NCBI GenBank assembly: GCA_040954595.2
Contig: CM082589.2
Span: 9,374,894 to 9,438,893, forward strand
Direction: 5' to 3'
Length of the DNA: 64,000 nt
Source: Balanoglossus misakiensis
Taxonomy: Eukaryota; Animalia; Hemichordata
Within the stretch, counting starts at the first letter, position 1. The number at the start of each line of letters is the position of its first letter. Below, in pieces: positions 63,911 through 64,000 of the stretch. Below the pieces are notes generated by a model. That model was not told the DNA's origin and did no database searches. It saw only the letters and a list, made by a program, of their open reading frames with translations. Made by a program: the position numbers and the translations under genes.

Positions 63911-64000
63911 TCCCATAACTTGCCATGCACAGCAGATACGGCTTTCAAATTTAGAGGACTGGAACACCTAATGCAGTATTAATCTTTAACACAATCATTA

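Overview
AT-rich eukaryotic DNA with GT-AG introns, probably from a marine invertebrate deuterostome (hemichordate/echinoderm-like; an inference from repeat content only). I found no intact host gene. (1) 1-15377 is a ~130-133 bp satellite array with higher-order repeats. It carries five amplified copies of a ~0.45 kb Ty3/Gypsy retropepsin fragment. (2) 15.4-29.4 kb holds nested MITEs (Harbinger-like, TTAA Kolobok-like, piggyBac-like), a 2.9 kb foldback element with ~1 kb arms and a 1567-bp tandem repeat (three full units plus a partial fourth). (3) 29.5-51.8 kb is a + strand mosaic pseudogene: MED25 exons (VWA exon, low-complexity exons, Q-rich LxxLL exon, terminal exon) bracket four phase 1-1 calcium-binding EGF exons where ACID-domain exons would be expected. 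(4) Inside it, 35.9-43.1 kb is a decayed AcademX-type DNA transposon (transposase, XPG-like nuclease, Cys-rich finger) with an OTU-like cysteine protease domain in its reading frame. It is broken by younger insertions and followed by an L2 LINE fragment. (5) 52-64 kb contains dispersed repeats, a CpG-rich promoter-like patch, and 140-bp and 116-bp tandem arrays. All protein identifications are by eye from motifs; no database search was run.
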